DNA of 47,592 bases from Coleofasciculus sp. B1-GNL1-01 (GCA_040220235.1 JAVJTO010000023.1), one strand, 5' to 3'. Numbered from the stretch's first letter, positions 30,101 through 41,392 are shown. The notes: generated from the sequence alone by a model not told the origin. Numbers and translations: made by a program.

Positions 30101-31050
30101 TAAATCCCAAAAACTCGGTTGGTTAATTGGGGATTAACCAGGACGCGATCGCGAATCGTGCGTAGATGTTCCGGTTCATCATTCGATTCCCAGTCCGACA
30201 GCAGGCGTTCTAACACCAATTTGTCGATAATTTCTGCTTCTTCACCCGCCTCAATAATGTTAGGAGATTTAGCAACTAACTGGCAGATTTTTTGGGTGAG
30301 AAAGGGTTGTCCTCCTGTCCAGTCTAAAATTCGCTGTAGAACCACCATCGGGTGTTCAGCTTTGTGGTTCAATCCTTCGGCTAACGGTTCCACCTCCGAT
30401 ATCTGAAATCCGCGCAAATCGATCGCTTTGCCAATATTAAACGGTGTGCGTTTTTTATCGGCAATTAAATCCGAGGGCGTCGCCACTCCAAACAAAGCAA
30501 ACGTAAGCCGCTGATAGACTGAATTCTCTGACCGTTGATTATAAAAATATCGAATTAAGGCAAAGAAATCATCTGTGGGAAAATTTAAACCTATAACGGT
30601 ATCAATTTCATCAATACAGATAATAATATTTCCTTTAGGAATATGAACCAATAAAACCGTTTCAATAAATCGACTTAATAGTTGAATCAGGGATAAATCA
30701 TCATGAGCATCCCACCAGGTTTTCAGGTTAAACCCTTGGATTTGGGGAAACTTATTGACTAATTCATACAAAAGTCCCCGATACCACTGACTAGGCGTAA
30801 TCGTCTCACTTCCTAGATTGGTTAAATCAATCGAAGCACCATGGAACCCCCTAGCCTTGAGGTGATGAAGCGTTCGCACTCGCAAACTGGATTTCCCCAT
30901 TTGTCTGGTGTTAAACACATAGCAAAAATTTCCCGCTAGCAGCGCTTCATACAATTGGTCATCAGCCGCTCGCTGAACGTAGGTAGGATGGTTATATTTT
31001 AACCCCCCACCCACTTTATAATATCGAGTCAAACGAGTTAAATTCGTCAT
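27145..31050 (-). CDS. AAA_35-like NTPase, PAS domain, TM helix and 14 WD40 repeats
   Basis: Walker A RQMGKSS, Walker B IICIDEID; PAS/PAC HPEDQ..YRWFL..WFGTSTD; 14 WD40 repeats counted. Confidence 0.92.
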   Translation of the reverse strand: MTNLTRLTRYYKVGGGLKYNHPTYVQRAADDQLYEALLAGNFCYVFNTRQMGKSSLRVRTLHHLKARGFHGASIDLTNLGSETITPSQWYRGLLYELVNKFPQIQGFNLKTWWDAHDDLSLIQLLSRFIETVLLVHIPKGNIIICIDEIDTVIGLNFPTDDFFALIRYFYNQRSENSVYQRLTFALFGVATPSDLIADKKRTPFNIGKAIDLRGFQISEVEPLAEGLNHKAEHPMVVLQRILDWTGGQPFLTQKICQLVAKSPNIIEAGEEAEIIDKLVLERLLSDWESNDEPEHLRTIRDRVLVNPQLTNRVFGIYQQLLQGISIPSDDSREQIELLLSGLVVKQQGYLRINNAIYQAVFNLNWVQAQLSQLRPYSQAIEAWISSHQQDTSRLLRGQALQDALLWSQGKRLSDVDYQFLAASQDAERQEIEGVLQVQKEREQYFRTIADAVPQIVWIIEADGKLSYINQRGLDYLDCTLEQVKDWGRFVFCHPEDQARSQAAWQHCFQTGDPYQVEIRLRDSQGNYRWFLQRATPLRSPDGKLVKWFGTSTDLDEIKRIEEAKRLKEVEARLVEEHKRLLQEHKITQLQRGLLATVTVAFVVASGLGLFTRFQKRQLAVREVQALTISAEALFASDNHLGALFTAIKAWRRLQNLAVVTPSLQAKTEQILRRSVFQADQSNQLLANKNAAQTVAISPDGQLIATGGQDKMIKLWRRDGKLLASWRGHEDIVMDVEFTPDGQRLVSASWDQTIKLWQLDGTVLQTFQGHQDLVRSIAMSPNGEHLASGSEDGTVKLWRLDGTLLNTFIGHEGAVWSVTFSPDGQMLASSGFDNTIKLWSLDGTRLKTIKGVHQGDQSSEFDRIVSLVFSPDGQRLAAGTWYNTIQIWQRDGTLIQTLKGHESTVIDLAFSPDGQTLASASWDDTIKLWSVEGTLLQTIQANQEGIWQITFSPDGQTVMSSGVNGTMRLWRFNPPSLTRLRGHSSSVWGIDFFPDSQKLVSASIDATLKLWQPDGTLIKTLEGHLNQLWGVDVSPDGRLIASGGEDTTVRLWGAEGSLLRTLKGHQDTVFEVTFSPDGEWIASASWDKSIKVWRIDGTLLTTLLGHEHEVNTVAFSPDGQLLVSGSSDTTLKLWQRDSSGGFASQPIQTLTGHDDQVWDIAFRPDGQQFASASADRTIKLWTRDGQLIKTLTGHRDRVQSVAYSPDGQFLASASWDHRVKLWRSDGTLITTLPGHRDRVFDVAFSPDGQTLASASLDHTVILWKLDQVVDVNKVLQQGCDWIRDYIKTSPDVEERDRHLCDD

Positions 31051-31067
31051 TTGTCATTCGTCATTTG

Positions 31068-31262
31068 TCGTTTGTAGTAAGGGCTTTAGCCTTATATTCA
31101 GTTAGATGAGCAGGAATTAGCGACAGATAAACTCAACATATTCTACCTACTTATAACGTCAAAAAACGGGCGACCCGATTCAATTGAGTGGAAGAGATTT
31201 GTTCAGTAATACCAGCGGGTCGCCCCTACTGATAACTGATAACTGATAACTGATAACTGATA
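31068..31262. repeat. Long dispersed repeat, copy 2, ending in an (ACTGATA)n STRR array
   Basis: Direct repeat of 26945-27135. Confidence 0.85.
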
Positions 31263-31265
31263 ACG

Positions 31266-32558
31266 CTAAGAACAAAAATACTGACGGTATAACTCACAAC
31301 TGGGCGTCGCTTTATTATCCTTCAACTTAATCAACCCTAAACTATTTAATTTATAAGCCAAACAGGAATCACTTAAAACCGTCTCATCCGCACCCATCAC
31401 TTGCCTCACCGCATCAGCCAACTGAGGTGTCGTAATCAAACTAGCTAACCGTCGCAAATGATTATTATAAATCCCCGATGCTGTCAGCGCCTCTTGTAAT
31501 AACTGCGCTAACGTTATATTGTCATGGTACACAGTATAAAGAGCCAATTGAACCAGATACGGATATCCTCCCACCATTGCCATCAGGTCTTCAATTTCCC
31601 TGTCCGCCAAGTTCAACTCATAAGCTTGTGCCAACACCTTTACCTGTTGAGCATCCCACTCCGGTAAACTAATTGGAAATCCGACATTAAACGGAGATTG
31701 ATTGACTCTCAGTGGCACATACACTTCCGTTGAATGAGCCACGACAGTGTGTAACGATTCCCAAATTTCTGACTCATTGGCATATTCATGCCACACTCGT
31801 AATAAGGGGAGAAACTCTCTGGCTATCTGAGGATACATAAAGAGTTGATCAAGATCATCTAATGCCATAACTAGGGGCGTATGACACTGGGGTAATATGT
31901 ACCGCTCAAAGTATCGAGTACAGTTTGACTTTGCCAACCCTGTCTCCATATCCCAATAGTCTTCTAACTTAGGGGGTAATTCCAGCCGCCAACTAATACT
32001 TTTACAAAACCAACGCAGAAAACTATTTAAATCGTTCATCGCTACATCATCAGCTTGTTGAAAGCTCAAGCAAACAGTCTTATAGCCTTGGTTTTTAGCA
32101 AAATTTAGCAGATACCCCACCAGTGAGGTTTTTCCCATCCGTTCTGGCGCTTTGATTCGCAATAACGCTCCTGGTTGCACCAGTTCAGTGCAACACTCTA
32201 ATTCAATGGGAGGGCGTTGGATATAAAAGGGGGATTGGTAAGGAACCGGACTTCCCGGATAGTCGGGTTTAGTTAGCGGTGGATTGAGGATAGAGGCTTG
32301 CAGACTGGCATTCATTCTACGTCTGAGTGCTGACTGTAGATTGGCTTTGGTGACTTTTTCTCCCAAAGCCAAGCTGAGTTGTTGCCAAAGCTGGGAACCC
32401 GCAATCCGCAAGTACCCCGCATCATAATCAAACTCTTGGGCGATGTCATAATAGCTCTTACCCTGCCAACATTGTCGGAAGATCAGTTCTTGTATATCGG
32501 TTAAGCCTTCCGGTTGCAGGCTTTGATCGATCAGGATCAGCGCTTGCTCTACATCCAT
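31266..32558 (-). CDS. N-terminal HTH plus AAA_35-like NTPase
   Basis: WQGKSY.DIA..GSQLWQQLS..GEKVTKAN HTH; APERMGKTS; MALDDLD; SPFNVG. Confidence 0.88.
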   Translation of the reverse strand: MDVEQALILIDQSLQPEGLTDIQELIFRQCWQGKSYYDIAQEFDYDAGYLRIAGSQLWQQLSLALGEKVTKANLQSALRRRMNASLQASILNPPLTKPDYPGSPVPYQSPFYIQRPPIELECCTELVQPGALLRIKAPERMGKTSLVGYLLNFAKNQGYKTVCLSFQQADDVAMNDLNSFLRWFCKSISWRLELPPKLEDYWDMETGLAKSNCTRYFERYILPQCHTPLVMALDDLDQLFMYPQIAREFLPLLRVWHEYANESEIWESLHTVVAHSTEVYVPLRVNQSPFNVGFPISLPEWDAQQVKVLAQAYELNLADREIEDLMAMVGGYPYLVQLALYTVYHDNITLAQLLQEALTASGIYNNHLRRLASLITTPQLADAVRQVMGADETVLSDSCLAYKLNSLGLIKLKDNKATPSCELYRQYFCS

Positions 32559-33018
32559 TATTTTGCTGCTCCTTCCCCAATACCTAACTTTTTATAACAA
32601 TTCATAACAGGTTTGTGTTTTAGAATATGCATCGAGATAGATGACTAATGGCTTAATATTTATGTTCATACAACTTTTACACAGCTATTATGTACTAAGT
32701 TAATAAGCTGTAATAAAATAAGTTAAACTAAAAAATACTAGGGTTTTGGGCTAAAAGTTGATGGTCGAGTCGGGCAATATTCCCGTAGCTGTTATCGTTC
32801 GCCATCAAAAACTGAAGTATTTTTCAGGGGTCACTGAGTTTTGAACGAAGCATCTATTGAGATTTTTTACGCTGCTATCGTGCCGTTCTCTAACTGATGA
32901 TTCTGTTGTGTCTGTGCGGATCACGTCAGCGTTTACACTACCGTGAATAACTGAACGGTCAGTACCAATTATTTCTCAACTCAAAAAATGCCAGATAACC
33001 AGCAAAATTTAAATACCG

Positions 33019-36000
33019 ATGAATCCTGCAAATTGGCAAATTTTGTTTTTGGAAAATGACCCGGAAATCGCCCAACAGATTCAAGGCATTTTCCTGGATA
33101 ATCAGAATCCGAACCTATCGCTCATTCGGGTGGCAAGTCTTAATGCCGCCCTAGAACATTTGCAGCAAGAGAAAATTAATATTATTTTAATCGATTTGGG
33201 TCAGATATCAAAGAAAAAAAAGACAGAAGGCGTTCAGGAGAGCGACGGATATGATTATCGCTTAGAGGAACAGGATACTAGCCCAGCACAGGGGCTGGAT
33301 GCGATCGCCCGACTTCAGGAGTATAGTGAAAAAAGTCCAACCCATGCCAGAATTCCCATTGTCGTCCTCGGTGCAGCACAGGATGAAGCGTTAGCATTGC
33401 AACTGATTCAAGCTGGGGTTCAGGATTATTTAATTAAAGGAAAATTCGATAATTCTCAACTTATCCGTTCCCTACACTATGCCATCGCCCGCCAACAGGT
33501 GCGGAATCGACAGAACCAAGACACAGAGGAGAAACCAAGCAGGGAAGACAAGAACGAATTTTGCCACTCTCTCCTCTCTAAATCCTCAGCGTTGATTCCG
33601 GACGAGAATGGAAACGGACAATCTACCCAGCCAACATCAGATCAATTAGAGTTCGCCTGTCAATGCGATGCTGATAAAATTAACTGGAATACGCCAATTA
33701 TTGCTCCACCCCTACAACTCCCCGAACATCAACAGGAGCGTTTCTTTAACCTGTCCATGAATCTGCTTTGTATTGCTGGGTTTGATGGCTATTTTAAACA
33801 GTTAAATCCAGTTTGGGAAACGACCTTGGGTTACTCTCTCTCGGAACTCTTGAGTCAACCTTATCTGAATTTTGTCCATCCCGATGACCAAGACGCCACT
33901 CAACGGGAAGCCCAACAGCTAGTGCATAATAGCGTTTCCACGATTAATTTTGAGAATCGTTATCGCTGTAAAGATGGGTCTTATCGGTGGTTACTCTGGA
34001 GTGCAACGCCAGTAGTTGAAGAAGGGTTAATTTATACCGTTGCTCATGATATCACCGCCCGCAAACAGACCGAAGAAAAATTACACCTGCTCGAACGGGC
34101 GATCGCGGCGGCAAGTAATGGTATCGTGATTACGGATGCTCAAGCCCCTGATCATCCCCTGGTTTACGTCAATCCGAGTTTTGAACAGATGACGGGCTAC
34201 TTCCAAGCTGAACTTCTCGGTCAAAATTGCCGCTTCCTCCAGAGAGAGGATACCCATCAACCCGAATTGCAGGAAATACGCCAAGCCCTTCAGGAACAAC
34301 GAGACTGTCATGTCACCCTGCGAAACTATCGGAAAGACGGTACACTATTTTGGAATCACGTATCGATTTCCCCAGTACGAGATAGTGATGGAAACGTCAC
34401 CCATTTTATCGGGGTACAACGGGACATTACCGCCCTTAAACAAGCAGAAGCGGCGTTATCCCAGTCCGAGGCGCGGTTCCAAAAGCTGACGGAAACGATA
34501 CCGGGCGTAATTTATCAATATTATCAATATCCCGATGGTCGTCATCAATTTACCTACATCAGTTCTGGCGTTCGGGAACTCTTTGACTTAGAACCCGAAG
34601 CCCTTCAAGACAACCCTCAATTAATCTGGGACAGGATTCACCCCGACGACTACAGTGCTTATGTTGCATCCATCAACCATTCCGCTAAAACCTTAGAATC
34701 CTGGTGTATGAAATGGCGAATTTTAACACCATCTGGGACAATTCGCTGGTGTCAGGGAAAAGCTAAACCGATGCGCCTGTCTGACGGGACGCTAATATGG
34801 GATGGCATCATTCTCGATATTACCCAGCGCCAACATATTAAAGCCAAATTGCAAAAAGTGGCGGATACCAATCAAGCCTTATTAGATGCCATTCCCGACA
34901 TGATGTTCCGCTGTCGTGCTGATGGTACATTTGTTGATTTCAAACCCGCCAAAGGTATCATTCCTGTCGCGCCACCCGAGGTATTTATCGGTAAAAAACC
35001 CCAGGATATTTTGCCGCCAGACGTAACTCAACGTTTACAGCAAGCCTCCCAGCAGGCTATTCTCTCCGGTCAACTTCAAACCTGTGAGTATCAGTTGACA
35101 ATTAACGGGCAACTCAGCGAGTATGAAGCGCGGATTATTGCCTGTAATTCCCAGGAAATTATTGCCATTGTCCGGGACATTACTCTACGGAAACACGCCG
35201 AGGCAGAAATTATCCGGGCGCGGGATTTATGGCAAGCGATTTTCAATGAATCAGCCGATGCTATTTTTTTAGTTGATCCAGATACCCTTTTAACTCTAGA
35301 CTGCAACCAACGGGCAATCGAGTTATTTGAAGTCACCAGCAAAGTTGAATTACTAAATATCGAAGGACAGGCGCTTCAAAAAGAACCATTTCATCCCGAT
35401 GACCTAGAGTCTATCGTTGATGAAATTCAGAGGTATGGATTTTGGAGTCGAGAACTAGAATATGTGAGCAAAAAAGGACGGTTATTTTGGGGAAGTTTAG
35501 CGGTCAAGCGAATTAAAGTGGCGGATAAAACCCTCCATTTAGTCCGCGTCACCGACATTACCCCCCGTAAACAAGCAGAATCAGATTTACGTCTCAGTGA
35601 AGCTAAACTGCGCGAAAAAGCCGAAACCTTAGAACTCACTGTCAGCGAATTGCAACAAACCCAAGTCCAACTCATCCAAAAGGAAAAAATGGCATCCTTG
35701 GGTCAGTTAGTTGCTGGGATTGCTCATGAAATTAATAATCCGGTTAGCTTCATTGCTGGCAATATTAACCCCGCCCGGATGTATATCTATGATCTTTTGC
35801 AGCTAATTTACCTCTACGGGCAATTTTATCCTACACCGCCTCAGGAAATTCAAGACTATATTGTTGATAGAGAACTCGATTTTATTCAGCAAGACTTTAT
35901 ACAATTATTGGATTCCATGCAAGAAGGATCGGCAAGAATTCAGGGAATCGTTCAATCCTTGCGAAACTTCTCCCGTTTAGATGAATCGGACTACAAAAAA

Positions 36001-36492
36001 GCCGATATTCACCAGGGTCTCGAAAGTACCCTAATGATCTTACAACATCGCCTGAGAAAACAGCCGAACCGAGCCGCGATTCGGGTGATGCGAGAGTATG
36101 ATGATCTACCCCTAATTGATTGCTATCCTGGAGAGTTGAATCAGGTCTTTATCAATATTTTGAGTAACGCGATTGATGCTTTAGAAGTACGAATGCAGCA
36201 GGATACAAACTTTATTCCTAAGATTCGGATTTGTACCGATTTTATTACCGTTCAAAATCAACCGGATATCAATAAAATTATTATTCGGATTACCGACAAT
36301 GGTGTAGGGATAGATCGTCAGATTAAATCGCGCATATTTGACCCATTTTTTACTACCAAAACCATTGGTCAAGGCACAGGATTAGGTTTATCGGTTGCCC
36401 ACACCAGTATCGTGGAGCGACATAAGGGTGAGATTCATTGTAAATCGTTATTAGGGCAAGGTACAGAGTTTGTGATTGAGTTACCTGTGTAA
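33019..36492 (+). CDS. Sensor histidine kinase: receiver, five PAS domains (second is LOV), HisKA and HATPase
   Basis: GQNCRFLQ; AHEINNP H-box; NAIDA, DNGVG, FDPFFTTK, GTGLGL. Confidence 0.95.
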   Translation: MNPANWQILFLENDPEIAQQIQGIFLDNQNPNLSLIRVASLNAALEHLQQEKINIILIDLGQISKKKKTEGVQESDGYDYRLEEQDTSPAQGLDAIARLQEYSEKSPTHARIPIVVLGAAQDEALALQLIQAGVQDYLIKGKFDNSQLIRSLHYAIARQQVRNRQNQDTEEKPSREDKNEFCHSLLSKSSALIPDENGNGQSTQPTSDQLEFACQCDADKINWNTPIIAPPLQLPEHQQERFFNLSMNLLCIAGFDGYFKQLNPVWETTLGYSLSELLSQPYLNFVHPDDQDATQREAQQLVHNSVSTINFENRYRCKDGSYRWLLWSATPVVEEGLIYTVAHDITARKQTEEKLHLLERAIAAASNGIVITDAQAPDHPLVYVNPSFEQMTGYFQAELLGQNCRFLQREDTHQPELQEIRQALQEQRDCHVTLRNYRKDGTLFWNHVSISPVRDSDGNVTHFIGVQRDITALKQAEAALSQSEARFQKLTETIPGVIYQYYQYPDGRHQFTYISSGVRELFDLEPEALQDNPQLIWDRIHPDDYSAYVASINHSAKTLESWCMKWRILTPSGTIRWCQGKAKPMRLSDGTLIWDGIILDITQRQHIKAKLQKVADTNQALLDAIPDMMFRCRADGTFVDFKPAKGIIPVAPPEVFIGKKPQDILPPDVTQRLQQASQQAILSGQLQTCEYQLTINGQLSEYEARIIACNSQEIIAIVRDITLRKHAEAEIIRARDLWQAIFNESADAIFLVDPDTLLTLDCNQRAIELFEVTSKVELLNIEGQALQKEPFHPDDLESIVDEIQRYGFWSRELEYVSKKGRLFWGSLAVKRIKVADKTLHLVRVTDITPRKQAESDLRLSEAKLREKAETLELTVSELQQTQVQLIQKEKMASLGQLVAGIAHEINNPVSFIAGNINPARMYIYDLLQLIYLYGQFYPTPPQEIQDYIVDRELDFIQQDFIQLLDSMQEGSARIQGIVQSLRNFSRLDESDYKKADIHQGLESTLMILQHRLRKQPNRAAIRVMREYDDLPLIDCYPGELNQVFINILSNAIDALEVRMQQDTNFIPKIRICTDFITVQNQPDINKIIIRITDNGVGIDRQIKSRIFDPFFTTKTIGQGTGLGLSVAHTSIVERHKGEIHCKSLLGQGTEFVIELPV

Positions 36493-36891
36493 TTTGTCAT
36501 TCGTCATTCGTCATTCGTCATTCGTCTTACGTTTTATGTCATTCTCGTTTCTCTGTGAGAAGTAAGCTAGATTATTTGTCCTTGTATTTGGTAATTTTTT
36601 TTGATCAAAGACAGACTATATGGAGTGGTTCTCACACAAAATCCAACATTTTACAACACCAAACTCGGTGATTCCGGGTTATGATATTATTAAGGATAGT
36701 TTAGGTGTATTGGCTTCTAAAGGTTTGGTATTTAAATCTTTAGGAGCTAGTTTATTAAAGAATAATAATAATAATATTTGGAGAGATATAAGAGCTATAT
36801 AAGAAGGCACGGCAATGCCGTGCCACTACCCTCTGATTGCAAGTCGAGGTGTTGCCTATTCCCGCCACAAGACTTATTCAGCAACCCCTAA

Positions 36892-38025
36892 TCAAGCCGC
36901 AGGTAAGAGCGATCGCGACAATACCACGCCCTGATAATATTGTTGTAACTGACGGGTGGCGGCTGACCAACTCCATCGTTCCGCTTCCGCCCTAGCGTTT
37001 TGGCGTAAGGTTTCCCGTTCGGTTTGTTCCTGAAATAGACGTTGAGTGGCTGCGATCGCGCCTTGTTCATCTCTAGGATCAAACAGGTAGCCATTCACCC
37101 CATCGGTGACGATATCGGGAATTCCCCCAGAACGCGCCGCCACCACGGGACACCCCGCCGCCATCGCTTCGAGTAAAACTAACCCCAAGGTTTCGGTACG
37201 GGAGGGGAAAATAAACGCATCCGCCGACGCAAAGGCAGATCCTAAAGCTTCTCCCGTCAGATACCCAACAAAATGGGTGGGAGTTCCAGCAAAATGTTTT
37301 TCTAGGGCGCTGCGATGGGGTCCATCCCCCACTAATGCCAAACGCGCACCGGGAATCGATTCCAGAACGGGTTTAATCCGGTCAATTTCCTTTTCCGCCG
37401 ACAGCCGCCCCACATACAGCAATAAGGGACTTTCTGGGTGTCCTTGGGACAAGTGCGATCGCATGTCCTCAGACGCCAAACTGGGACGAAATGTCTCTGT
37501 ATCCACTCCCCGTTGCCACAAATCCAAGTGTTGAATCCCTCGCCCTCTCAATTCCTCCACCATTGCCGTTGAGGTACATAAATTAAGCTGGGCTTGGTTA
37601 TGATTTGCCTTAATTAATTCCCACATCACAGGTTCTAACATGCCTAACCCATAATGCTGAAGATACTGGGGTAAATGAGTATGATAGGACGCGATTAAAG
37701 GAATTTGCATCGCTTTAGCATAATAGAGTCCCCCTAACCCTAATACCGCCGGATTCACCACATGAATTACATCCGGCTTAAATTCAGCTAACGCCATACC
37801 AATCGCGGGTCGAGGTAATGCCAGTTTCAGTTCGGGATATAAAGGTAATGGAAAAGCCGAAACGCCATAAATTTTGGCACCTTTGTGTTCTGTGAGTCCA
37901 CCATCAGGGCAAATAACTAGAACCTGGTCACCATTCCGTTGTAAATGGTCAACCGTATGCCGCAGTCGCGTGACAATTCCATCAACTTTGGGCAAAAAGG
38001 TTTCAGTGAATAAGGCAATTCGCAT
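36892..38025 (-). CDS. sqdX: Sulfoquinovosyldiacylglycerol synthase (GT4 glycosyltransferase)
   Basis: ETFLPKVDGIV, SYHTH, ETLGLVLLEAMA; downstream of sqdB. Confidence 0.9.
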   Translation of the reverse strand: MRIALFTETFLPKVDGIVTRLRHTVDHLQRNGDQVLVICPDGGLTEHKGAKIYGVSAFPLPLYPELKLALPRPAIGMALAEFKPDVIHVVNPAVLGLGGLYYAKAMQIPLIASYHTHLPQYLQHYGLGMLEPVMWELIKANHNQAQLNLCTSTAMVEELRGRGIQHLDLWQRGVDTETFRPSLASEDMRSHLSQGHPESPLLLYVGRLSAEKEIDRIKPVLESIPGARLALVGDGPHRSALEKHFAGTPTHFVGYLTGEALGSAFASADAFIFPSRTETLGLVLLEAMAAGCPVVAARSGGIPDIVTDGVNGYLFDPRDEQGAIAATQRLFQEQTERETLRQNARAEAERWSWSAATRQLQQYYQGVVLSRSLLPAA

Positions 38026-38204
38026 AATCGTGTGACTGTGTGCGGAGTGTTATTGCAAACGCGAGAAGGTGCTTAGGATTTTCCCCTTTTTAAGGGGGCG
38101 GAAGGGGGAGCTAAACAGGGGACGGGGCGGCTTCTGGAGAGAGTTCTTTAGTTTAGAGCAACTAAAGCGTGACCTCGGTTTTAATAAGATACCCGCTAAA
38201 ACAA

Positions 38205-38510
38205 CTAAGGATCTTCAGCGTTTTTGAGCGGTAACGTACAGAGTCCATGAATGCCAATGGCAGCAATAATTCCCCCTAATAAAACGCCCACACCTTCAGC
38301 AAAACAATTGATTCGATGTCTGTTTTCTGCGGCTTGGGCGATGGATAGATCCCGCATTGTCGAAGACGGAGATTGAGACAACTTCTGGTAATAAGCATGA
38401 TGACGCTCTAATTCTACCCATTCTGGCACAAGATAATAAGCACTGAGGGCAGAAGCAGCGAAACCCGGTAAGACGACAAACACGAGCAGAATTGCCGATT
38501 TGATCATCAT
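38205..38510 (-). CDS. Two-TM hypothetical protein between sqdB and sqdX
   Basis: Two hydrophobic helices flanking HRINCFAEGVG. Confidence 0.75.
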   Translation of the reverse strand: MMIKSAILLVFVVLPGFAASALSAYYLVPEWVELERHHAYYQKLSQSPSSTMRDLSIAQAAENRHRINCFAEGVGVLLGGIIAAIGIHGLCTLPLKNAEDP

Positions 38511-38690
38511 GATGACAAGCTATCGGAACATACAGCAGATGATTGAAACCATCGGTTCAGTAATTATGATGAACGCCTCTAGACTGATTTGGATGGAAAA
38601 AACAGAAACATCAACCAGCGAAACCCCATTTTCTGGATGTTTTATGTCTTCCTACCGTAAGCCTGAATCCTGAACCGATAGTCGAGTGAG

Positions 38691-39884
<1,194 letters not shown>

Positions 39885-39944
39885 TCAGGTTTCGGGTACT
39901 CTCGAACCATTAAAATCAGCGATCGCACCCCTAAATTATCCTAC

Positions 39945-40409
39945 ATGCATACAAGTCAACCGTCTCTACCCACCAACTGTGTCCTCCGACGCGCCAATTC
40001 TGGAGATCGGGGCGTGATTTTCCGATTGGTACTGGGGGCAAAACTTGATCCGACGCAATTACGATGGCAACAGTTCTGGGTGATTGAATGCGAGGGACAG
40101 GTGGTAGCATGTGGACAGTTACGCCAGTTTGCTGACGCCCAGGAGTTAGGCAGTTTAGTGGTTGTCCCAGAGTGGCGCGATCGCGGTTTGGGAACGTTGC
40201 TGACGCAGCATCTGATTCACCAAGCCAGCCACCCCCTGTATCTGGAATGCTTAGGAACACGCCTCGCCCAGTTCTACAGGCGCTTTGGCTTTGTGCCAGT
40301 ATCCTGGCAAGAGTTGCCGCGATCGCTTAAATTTAAGTTTGGCTTATCTCACTTCGCCAAAATTATCTTCCGAATCCCTGTAGAAATTATGACTTTATCC
40401 TCTCACTGA
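39945..40409 (+). CDS. GNAT-family N-acetyltransferase
   Basis: ELGSLVV.PEWRDRGLG motif A; FYRRFGF; ATG at 39945. Confidence 0.88.
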   Translation: MHTSQPSLPTNCVLRRANSGDRGVIFRLVLGAKLDPTQLRWQQFWVIECEGQVVACGQLRQFADAQELGSLVVVPEWRDRGLGTLLTQHLIHQASHPLYLECLGTRLAQFYRRFGFVPVSWQELPRSLKFKFGLSHFAKIIFRIPVEIMTLSSH

Positions 40410-40675
40410 ATAAATACCTAGACGCCTAATCATACATCCTGTTTCTGGCATATAATTGCTAGTTCTAGTTATAGCTATAAAATGCAACTTGCAATACAAA
40501 ATCTGTGTATTGTTAAAATTATAACTTATATAAAGCATAAAGAATAATAAATGAGATTAACTTGACAAAGACAAATAAGTATGGTCTTATAAATACTTCT
40601 AAAGATAGAGGAAACATTCCTTTATTAGTCATTTAATTGTCACAGTTGTTTCACTTACTACAGGGTTTCCAATTT

Positions 40676-41227
40676 ATGAAATTTAGCTACTCACCGTGGC
40701 TGTCTGCCTTAACGGTTGCTACCACTGCCGCTACCGTAACGATGGTCAATGTATCCCCGGCTACAGCCGCTTCAATGAAATATGATTTACGAATCAATGG
40801 TATAGACGTTGTATCACCAGCACTGGGGGGGTCAACAACAATAAACAACGTAGATATAGGTTACTTCACCACGAACGATTCAATGGATGCAATTGAATCG
40901 GTTTCTCTAGAGATGGGGGATTTCCTCTTTTTTGATCAGGGTGAATTTGAAAATAATGGTTCCCAAATTCTGTTCAGCAATTCTGCACAGCCGACTCAGA
41001 GTGTCACTCTATTCGACATACTATCACTTCCCCAGGAAAGTGGTGGAATGGTAACTGGAGGAGCAACTTTGATCAATGGAGACTTCAGTGATTCGCTCTC
41101 CTACAAAGTGACTAACAATACTCCTGTTCCTGAACCCCTGACACTTCTTGGTTCAGCTGCCGCCTTAGGTTTTGGAGTTGGACTCAAGCAAGAGCATTCG
41201 AGAAGGAAGAATAAGGTCAACAAATAA
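40676..41227 (+). CDS. PEP-CTERM sorting-domain exported protein
   Basis: Signal peptide ending ATA-A; VPEPLTLLGSAAALGFG followed by a basic tail. Confidence 0.92.
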   Translation: MKFSYSPWLSALTVATTAATVTMVNVSPATAASMKYDLRINGIDVVSPALGGSTTINNVDIGYFTTNDSMDAIESVSLEMGDFLFFDQGEFENNGSQILFSNSAQPTQSVTLFDILSLPQESGGMVTGGATLINGDFSDSLSYKVTNNTPVPEPLTLLGSAAALGFGVGLKQEHSRRKNKVNK

Positions 41228-41392
41228 GATAAAGGTAAAACTCAAGCTATTTGAGCCTAATGATTCTCTGCAATTCTTCCAAAGCTCCTTCTGCTGAATC
41301 TACATTAGAAGGACGCAATTTAGCCACTAATAGATGATGGCACCAGAGAATATATAAAGGGGCATAGCACACCCCTTTATAATAAGCACCAT

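Noticed and set aside
26945..31262. CRISPR array or prophage att sites
   Set aside because: Only two long diverged copies; no spacers, cas genes or integrase
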